From positions 1-12,594 of the forward strand of contig JALVPN010000117.1 in NCBI GenBank assembly GCA_027031765.1: DNA of 12,594 bases, given 5' to 3'. Source of the stretch: Promethearchaeota archaeon. Its GTDB lineage: Archaea > Asgardarchaeota > Thorarchaeia > Thorarchaeales > Thorarchaeaceae. This document shows, piece by piece, positions 6,816 to 12,594 of this stretch (position 1 is the first letter of the stretch; the number at the start of each line of letters is the position of its first letter). The notes beneath the pieces are model-generated. The model was not told the DNA's origin. It searched no databases and worked only from the letters and a program-made list of their open reading frames with translations. The position numbers and the translations under genes were made by a program.

Positions 6816-8045
6816 CTATGACCCCTCCGCCCACTCTATGTAGCGCTGCATAACCCGCGGGTCGGTGGACGGGGACACCATGGTCAGTGCCCGCAGGAAG
6901 TCTCCCATTGTGACAGGCCTAAGTCCCGGTGCACCCCCTTCACTGGACCCCTTGTCACGGAGCACTTCTCTCACGGCCTCCATTGCAGCCTCCCGACACA
7001 CGGTGCTTATGTCCCGGCCACTATACCCCTCGGTCATGCCTGCAAGGTACTCGTAGTCCACATCTGGGGCGACATCGACGCCGGTCATGTGCACCCTGAA
7101 TATCTCGGCGCGTGCCCCTTTATCTGGCAGCGGCACGTGGATCCGCTTTTCAAAACGTGAGCACAGGGCGAAGTCAAGTTCCCAGGGCAGGTTGGTGGCG
7201 GCGATGACCGTGACCCTGTCGTCCTCACCCTCACGGAGTCCCTGCATCTCTGTGAGCAGCTGTGTTTTCAGGCGCCGCTCCCCGCCCACATCGTCTGCCG
7301 AACGCGCCGTGCCAAGGGCGTCGAGCTCGTCAATGAATATGACCGAGGGCTGCAACTCCCTGGCCCTCCGGAACAGCTCGTGGACAAGCCTCTCAGACTC
7401 GCCCAGCCACTTGCTCACGATATTGGCTGCTGACACGTTGAAGAACGTGGCACTCACCTCCGCGGCCACCGCGCGTGCAACAAGGGTCTTTCCACAGCCC
7501 GCGGGACCGTACAGTAGGACTCCCCTCCAGGGCCTCCGTGCCCTTGCTGCAAACAGCTCGGGCCGGGTCATCGGCGCAATGACGGCCTCCTCGATTGTCT
7601 GCTTCACATCGTCCAGGCCGACCACGTCACTCATCCGCGTGTCTGGTCGCTCGACGACAATCGTTGCGTCAACCATCTGTCGGACACGCTGCACGTCCTG
7701 GTCGCTCTCCGTCGGATAGGCCTCTGTCTGCTCGTCGCTGTCCGCAGGGGTCACCGTGTGGGGGCCGTGGGCGTCGTGTGTTGGCGGGTGCCGGGTGTGG
7801 GCCGTGGTGGGCCCGCCGGGACCGCACAGCTCTCTCACACGGTCAACACATTCCTGTGCACGGAGCATGTAGTGTCTTCTGAGCGACGGCAGTGTGGCCG
7901 AGCGTGACAGGTGCAAGAGGACCCTGCTCGCCTCGAGATATCGTCGTGCTGCCTCACGGCTCTGTCCGCTCCTGTCGAGGCCTACTGCTGTTTCCAGCAG
8001 ACGCCTGAGCCCCATGTCAACCCTGTCCATATGTGCTCCGGACAT
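6816..8045 (-). CDS. vps4: Vps4-like MIT-AAA+ ATPase
   Basis: N-terminal MIT three-helix pattern (AVGLDRSGQSREAARRYLEASRVL...YMLRAQE), Walker A GPAGCGKT, pore loop SKWLGES, Walker B IFIDELD, sensor 1 AATNLPW, GYSGRDI, and the C-terminal helix PSTDPRVMQRYIEW. There is no beta-domain insert. It neighbours ESCRT-II and ESCRT-III genes. Alternative start ATG 8030. Confidence 0.93.
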   Translation of the reverse strand: MSGAHMDRVDMGLRRLLETAVGLDRSGQSREAARRYLEASRVLLHLSRSATLPSLRRHYMLRAQECVDRVRELCGPGGPTTAHTRHPPTHDAHGPHTVTPADSDEQTEAYPTESDQDVQRVRQMVDATIVVERPDTRMSDVVGLDDVKQTIEEAVIAPMTRPELFAARARRPWRGVLLYGPAGCGKTLVARAVAAEVSATFFNVSAANIVSKWLGESERLVHELFRRARELQPSVIFIDELDALGTARSADDVGGERRLKTQLLTEMQGLREGEDDRVTVIAATNLPWELDFALCSRFEKRIHVPLPDKGARAEIFRVHMTGVDVAPDVDYEYLAGMTEGYSGRDISTVCREAAMEAVREVLRDKGSSEGGAPGLRPVTMGDFLRALTMVSPSTDPRVMQRYIEWAEGS

Positions 8046-8295
8046 GCTCCGTCGGCCCCATCTCTGCCACTTGAATATGAATATGGGACTATGCTCTTGG
8101 TATTACGTCTGTCCGCCCGTATGCCTGACATCGGTGGTCCTTCCTGCGCCCGTCGGCACACCGGGCCCGCCCACAGGTCGCGGCTGCCCGTCAGTTGGTA
8201 TACCCACCGCCTGTGTTCCTCTACAGGTATTACTACGTTTTTAGACTGATTACCGGTGCACAGGAATGGAGCTCGCTCCATATGTGGTGGACCAC
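8046..8295. promoter_or_regulatory. Divergent promoter region between vps4 and ESCRT-III
   Basis: AT-rich patches: tandem GAATAT x2 (8073-8084), TTTTTAGA (8238-8245), GGTATTAC at 8099-8106 and 8226-8233, and palindrome GGTATACC at 8197-8204. Confidence 0.55.
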
Positions 8296-8904
8296 ATGGG
8301 CGCCGCTAAGAAAGCATGGTCATGGGCGTGGAACAATGTGGATGTTAGCAGACTGCGTGTCGACCTGAAGGTGCTAGTACGGCAGCTCGAACGTGAACGT
8401 GTAAGGCTGGAACGTGAGGAGCGGGCGGCCCGTGAGAGAGCTGCCAGGGCCCATGAGAGTGGGAAATCCGATGTGTTCCGCTTCTACGCGACGGAAGCCG
8501 TCCGGTTCAGGCGCCTCGCCATTTCTGTGGACCGCTCGCGCCTGCAAATGCTCAAGGTCCTCGCTCTGGTGTCCCGTACACAGACGACGGCTAGGACATC
8601 AGTCGCAATGCAGGAGGTCGCCAGGACACTTGAGGTCCTTGAGAAGGAGGTCGACAGCAAGAGGACACTGCAGAACGCTGACGAGATTGCCCGCAGGCTT
8701 GAGGGGCTTGAGATTACAAGCGAGCTCTCGGCTTCTGCCCTCGACTCGGGCGTCGCGGAGGTCTCACCAGAGGAAGTTGCAGCCATGATGCGTGAGATTG
8801 CCAGCGAGCAGACGCATGACACACCAGCGAGGGGGGGCTTGCTGACAGAGGCCGAGGCACTTGAGGCCGACATACGCTCGCTGGAGCGTCAACTCGGTCT
8901 TTGA
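8296..8904 (+). CDS. ESCRT-III subunit, Vps2/24/46 (CHMP1/2/3-like) class
   Basis: Charged helical hairpin LKVLVRQLERERVRLEREERAARERAARAHESGKSDVFRFYATEAVRFRR...TQTTARTSVAMQEVARTL matches the CHMP1/Did2 pattern. It has an acidic C-terminal half, helix 5 SPEEVAAMMREIASE, and a Leu-rich MIM1-like tail. ATG 8296 follows GTGGTGG; alternative start ATG 8266. Confidence 0.9.
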   Translation: MGAAKKAWSWAWNNVDVSRLRVDLKVLVRQLERERVRLEREERAARERAARAHESGKSDVFRFYATEAVRFRRLAISVDRSRLQMLKVLALVSRTQTTARTSVAMQEVARTLEVLEKEVDSKRTLQNADEIARRLEGLEITSELSASALDSGVAEVSPEEVAAMMREIASEQTHDTPARGGLLTEAEALEADIRSLERQLGL

Positions 8905-9067
8905 GACTGGTGCACGGCCGTCCTCAGCTATGCGTGACACGGCAGACGGGGGCAATTGCGGTACAGTAGTCAATGACGGCTGCTGGTCAGGTCAGTAACG
9001 GCTGCTACTGTTCATCCGCTCCGGACCGCGCTTGGCGGACAGGTCGCAGCAGGGCCATTTCCCGGCC

Positions 9068-10789
9068 CTACCAGACCGGATAGCCCTGGCCTGCGGTCAG
9101 CCTCTCAATCTCTATGCTGGTCATATACGCGTCGCGCACGAGTTCTCTATACCTGCGTATGAAGTCCTCTGGGGCCAACCGCCCATCGCGCATCATCCTT
9201 ACTGTGCGTCTTATCTCTTCGTCAATGACTGCCGCCTGCTGTTTCAGGCGTTGGAGCCCCGCCACTTGTTGCGGTTGATATGAGTCACTGTACGTACTGC
9301 TACTCGTCGGGGGCCGTCCGAGTCCCGGATGGCCCGTTGTGGGCGTGCCTGCGGATGGCGGCCGCTGGACGTTGGGTGCAGTCTGATGGGGCTGGCCTGT
9401 CTGGACTGGGGATGGTGCTGGTATGTCCGTTGTGCTGTGTGGTATGGCCCAGTAGCTGCTGGTGCCATGGTCATGTTGGGGTGTTACAGCATGGCTGTAC
9501 CACTGGGGCGCAGCCCGTGCGGTCGGGGCCGGGTACCACCCCGTCGCTGCTGGCCCCCTCATGGACTGGGATGGCCGCACTGTAGCACTTGTGTCATGTC
9601 CTTGCGTCCTCGACGAGAGTACCATGTGGATGAGCGACTCGATCTTGAGGCGCACATCACTTACACTGGTGTCTGTCTGTTGCAGTCGCCTGACACGCTG
9701 CATGTCCGTCTGCATGTGCCTGTTGAATGTCCGGGCAACCTCCACGTACTGTGGCAGTACACTCTTTGTCTGCGGGTTGCACGAGAACCGCAGGTCTCCC
9801 TGGCGCATCTTGAAGACCAGTCTGTCCTGTCGCTTCGTGTCCGGCTCGATGTTCGAGAGATACGAGAGTGGAAAGTCGAAGACCACGTCTGTCCTTTTCC
9901 GCATGCGTCCTGTCTCTGCAATGAACACCATGCGCACGTCCGTGATGAAGAGGGTCCCTCTGGCCTTGTCGTTCTTCAGGAAGTCGCTCCCGGCCAGTGC
10001 GATGTCCGGAAATGCACACACGGGGTGCTCATTGACCCTGAACTCGGTGTAGTCCCTGAAGGGCCTGAACTGTTTCCTGTAGAACGCCACTCCGTCGAGC
10101 TGCGCCTTGAGGTCTGCGACAGTGAGCATGAGGCCTTGGAGGGCCTCGTCAACGCGCTCCCTGTAGTCGTTGCTCAGCTGTACCAGTCTATGCACCACGC
10201 CCCTAACGAACGAGAACTGCTCCGGTGCCCATCTAGTATAGTCAATCAGCCCGCGTGTTTCGGCCACCATCTGGCGCGCCACAATCTCGGCCTGGTTCGC
10301 AATCCTGCGCTTGACTGCTGGCAGCTCCGCATGGAGTCCCTCGACCTTGGCCTCGAGCCAGTTGTAGTGTAGGAAGTCCGCCATCCTGAGTGAAACGAGC
10401 AGCTGTTTTGCCTCCTCAAGGCGGTTGCGGAACTCCCTGAGTCGCATGTGACCATACCTTATGCCCATCACGGCGCGTTTCATCTCGGCAGCCAAGTTGC
10501 GCCGCGTCACATCAATGAGCACTGTCCTTACAGAGTGGCACTTGGGGCACCTGTCTGTAGTGCGCCGTCCGCGGGCCAGGTCTTTGGAGCCGCAATTGGT
10601 ACACTGGGTGGTGCTCTCTCCCGGCAGGGGGGTGCCCAGGTCTGTGTGACACTCCCTGCACACCCAGTACTCCCTTGTGACCGCTTCAAGGCATTCCGGA
10701 CATAGGACGGCCCCGCAGTCTTCACACAGGTGTGTGGCCCTTCGCGTACCGCAGACCTCACATGTGACTGCAGATGCATCTCCTCTCAA
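9068..10789 (-). CDS. Multidomain protein: Cys-rich Zn fingers + coiled coil + GRAM/PH-like domain + Pro/Ser/Thr-rich linker + C-terminal steadiness-box-like hairpin (putative ESCRT-I-like adaptor)
   Basis: Six CxxC pairs (10538-10762), a heptad-rich helical region (~10070-10507), ARGTLFITDVRMVFIA...FDFPLSYLSNIE (GRAM/PH-like, ~9722-10042), a low-complexity linker (~9266-9607), and MMRDGRLAPEDFIRRYRELVRDAY (~9095-9265). TTG 10789 is preferred as start because GGAGG lies 7 nt upstream; the ORF is open to 10969 (ATG 10924). Confidence 0.8.
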   Translation of the reverse strand: MRGDASAVTCEVCGTRRATHLCEDCGAVLCPECLEAVTREYWVCRECHTDLGTPLPGESTTQCTNCGSKDLARGRRTTDRCPKCHSVRTVLIDVTRRNLAAEMKRAVMGIRYGHMRLREFRNRLEEAKQLLVSLRMADFLHYNWLEAKVEGLHAELPAVKRRIANQAEIVARQMVAETRGLIDYTRWAPEQFSFVRGVVHRLVQLSNDYRERVDEALQGLMLTVADLKAQLDGVAFYRKQFRPFRDYTEFRVNEHPVCAFPDIALAGSDFLKNDKARGTLFITDVRMVFIAETGRMRKRTDVVFDFPLSYLSNIEPDTKRQDRLVFKMRQGDLRFSCNPQTKSVLPQYVEVARTFNRHMQTDMQRVRRLQQTDTSVSDVRLKIESLIHMVLSSRTQGHDTSATVRPSQSMRGPAATGWYPAPTARAAPQWYSHAVTPQHDHGTSSYWAIPHSTTDIPAPSPVQTGQPHQTAPNVQRPPSAGTPTTGHPGLGRPPTSSSTYSDSYQPQQVAGLQRLKQQAAVIDEEIRRTVRMMRDGRLAPEDFIRRYRELVRDAYMTSIEIERLTAGQGYPVW

Positions 10790-11088
10790 CTGGGGGCCTC
10801 CGGATGTCCTGCCTCCCTGTCTGTGACGGCAGTCAAGAATAACCCGTGTATTATTGCTGGAATACCGACCGGGCAGAGCCCCCTGTCTAGGCGTGCCTGC
10901 ACCGGGCGGCTGGGCCCCGGACATGGTTCGGCGGGGACGTCTACTGAGGGCCCAGGCCTTGGCGCCCACTTTTCACAACCACGGTCCTGCCGCCCGCTGT
11001 TGGTACTGTCCCCGGTATTATCTTGGAGGTGTGTTTGGCCACATAGATACATCTATGAACCCGTTGCTGCACGGCCAGTGTGATTGAT
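10790..11088. promoter_or_regulatory. Divergent promoter region between the Zn-finger/PH protein and tldD
   Basis: AT-rich patches at ~10835-10856 and ~11015-11060, each beginning with or containing GTATTAT. Confidence 0.4.
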
Positions 11089-12474
11089 ATGGAGGACTTG
11101 GCGGACGCCGCAATTCAGGCGGCACTGGATGCGGGAGCCACCTTCGCCGATGTCAGAATTGAAGACACGATGACCACAGTCCTTGAGATCAGCGACGGTG
11201 TGACACGGCGCTCCACAATATCCCATCTCAAGGGTGCGGGCATCCGCGCGCTTGTAGACGGTGCGTGGGGGTTCATCCAGAACACGGACCTGAGCCCCGA
11301 GGGGATGCGCGAGGCCGGGAGGTCTGTAGCAAAGATGGCCCTGGCCACCAGCTCGCGGGTGGAGGCGCGGTTTGACATCGATGCGCCCGTCTTCACTGGC
11401 AAGGTGACGATGCGTGTCAGGCGGCCCTTCGTGGATGTGCCCATTGAGGAGAAGGTCGAGTTTACAAAGATGATTGACGACCAGGCGCGCCAGTTCGACG
11501 AGCGCATTGTCAATACCCGTACGGTATATGGCGAGATGTGGACACGGCTGTTCGTCGCAAACTCGCTCGGTACACGTGTCTGGATGGAGAACTCACTCCC
11601 GAGGATCATGTCAATTGTCACCGCAAAGGACGGTGGCACCCGTCAGCGTGCCTTCCGTTCTGTGGGCACCCGCGGTGGGTTCGAGACCATGAGGACCGAG
11701 GAGGCCCAGCACATAGGTGAGGCCTCGGCACGCCTTGCAGTCGACCTCCTGTCGTCGGTGGCTGCAAAGGGTGGCATATACGACGTTGTCATGGACCCGG
11801 TACTCAACGGCGTGATGGTCCACGAGGCCTTCGGTCATGCCACCGAGGCTGACAACTGGCCCGCCCATGCCACTGTGCTCGAGGACAAGGTGGGCGAACA
11901 GGTGGGCCCCGAACACCTCAACATAAGCGACGACCCCACTCTGCCGGGCGAACGCGGCTCCTTCGAGTATGACTGGGAGGGCACAAAGACCCGGAAGCGC
12001 CGGCTCGTGACAGCAGGTGTCCTGACGGAACTCCTCCACAGCCTTGAGACCGCCTCGAGGCTCGGCATGGAGCCCAACGGTGCTGCCCGGGCGCAGAGCT
12101 TCATGTACCCGCCCATCCCACGGATGAGTAACACGTTCATGGAACCGGGTGACTGGAAGGTGGAGGAGATAGTCGAGGACACAAAGCACGGCATCATGCT
12201 GTGCAGTTTCAACTATGGCTACACTGAGCCGGCCAAAGGGCAGTTCATGTTCCAGGCACGTTATGGCTACCTCATTGAGGACGGCGAGGTCGGCCAGATG
12301 GTGCGCGACGTGTCACTGGCAGGTCAGATACTGGATGTCCTGTCAAAGATTGACGCTGTTGCGGACGACTTCCAGATGGAGGCCGGCACATGTGGGAAGA
12401 ATGGCCAGGGCGTCCCGGACATGAGTGGTGGCCCCCACGCACGGATCAGGGCAGTCCCTGTAGGAGGTATGTAG
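11089..12474 (+). CDS. tldD: TldD family metalloprotease
   Basis: GATFADVRIE N-terminus, zinc motif HEAFGHATEAD (HExxxH), GSFEYDWEG, PRMSNTFM, and the C-terminal CGKNGQ...SGGPH. Start is ATG 11089 (or GTG 11080). Confidence 0.94.
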   Translation: MEDLADAAIQAALDAGATFADVRIEDTMTTVLEISDGVTRRSTISHLKGAGIRALVDGAWGFIQNTDLSPEGMREAGRSVAKMALATSSRVEARFDIDAPVFTGKVTMRVRRPFVDVPIEEKVEFTKMIDDQARQFDERIVNTRTVYGEMWTRLFVANSLGTRVWMENSLPRIMSIVTAKDGGTRQRAFRSVGTRGGFETMRTEEAQHIGEASARLAVDLLSSVAAKGGIYDVVMDPVLNGVMVHEAFGHATEADNWPAHATVLEDKVGEQVGPEHLNISDDPTLPGERGSFEYDWEGTKTRKRRLVTAGVLTELLHSLETASRLGMEPNGAARAQSFMYPPIPRMSNTFMEPGDWKVEEIVEDTKHGIMLCSFNYGYTEPAKGQFMFQARYGYLIEDGEVGQMVRDVSLAGQILDVLSKIDAVADDFQMEAGTCGKNGQGVPDMSGGPHARIRAVPVGGM

Positions 12475-12477
12475 GCA

Positions 12478-12594
12478 ATGAGCAGTCAACTACTTGAGAC
12501 CGGCGAGCAGGCGGTCGAGGCCGCGCTGCGCCTCGGTGCTGACCAGGCCGAGGCATACGTGTCGCGGACGCGTTCGTTCGCAATAGATGTGGAG
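12478..12594 (+). CDS. pmbA: PmbA/TldE family protein, 5' fragment (runs off right edge)
   Basis: ATG 3 nt after the tldD stop, with AGGAGGT RBS at 12462-12468. It reads MSSQLLETGEQAVEAALRLGADQAEAYVSRTRSFAIDVE, which carries the GADQAEAY N-terminal PmbA/TldD pattern. tldD-tldE pairing is typical. Confidence 0.82.
   Translation, partial: MSSQLLETGEQAVEAALRLGADQAEAYVSRTRSFAIDVE

Noticed and set aside
7087-7719. 210-aa plus-strand ORF
   Set aside because: Antisense shadow of vps4.
7982-8281. 99-aa minus-strand ORF across the vps4/ESCRT-III intergenic region
   Set aside because: Overlaps both flanking starts and the promoter elements, and has no motif.
9329-10372. 347-aa and 196-aa plus-strand ORFs
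   Set aside because: Antisense shadows of the Zn/PH/SB gene.
10528-10779. 83-aa minus-strand ORF with GAGGAG immediately before its ATG
   Set aside because: Zero spacing between RBS-like sequence and ATG, and it overlaps the conserved-looking Cys-rich frame.
10790-10969. First 60 aa of the 633-aa ORF as called in the track
   Set aside because: Low-information sequence overlapping AT-rich promoter-like patches; the GGAGG-preceded TTG at 10789 is a better start. Not fully excluded.
1-12594. CRISPR arrays, tRNA/rRNA genes, transposases
   Set aside because: None seen: no regularly spaced repeats, cloverleafs or transposase motifs.

Overview
This is a GC-rich archaeal window, very likely Asgard (possibly Thorarchaeia; inferred from gene content only). 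Left to right it holds: a divergent EF-2 paralog (aEF-2p type, minus strand, runs off the left edge so it is missing from the ORF track); a class I SAM methyltransferase; a candidate ~98-nt structured RNA with its own TATA box; archaeal-type aspS; a five-gene eukaryote-like ESCRT cluster; tldD; and the start of pmbA/tldE. The ESCRT cluster comprises Vps22/36 (EAP30), Vps25, Vps4, one Vps2/24/46-class ESCRT-III, and a large Zn-finger/coiled-coil/GRAM-PH/Pro-rich protein. The best lead is two ESCRT-I-like modules hidden in unusual fusions: a Vps28-N-like helical hairpin at the N-terminus of the Vps22/36 protein, and a steadiness-box-like hairpin at the C-terminus of the Zn-finger/PH protein. Together they suggest a compact ESCRT pathway with ESCRT-I hard-wired to ESCRT-II and no ubiquitin/UEV gene in the cluster. 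Family assignments come from reading motifs and from remembered consensus sequences; no searches were run.
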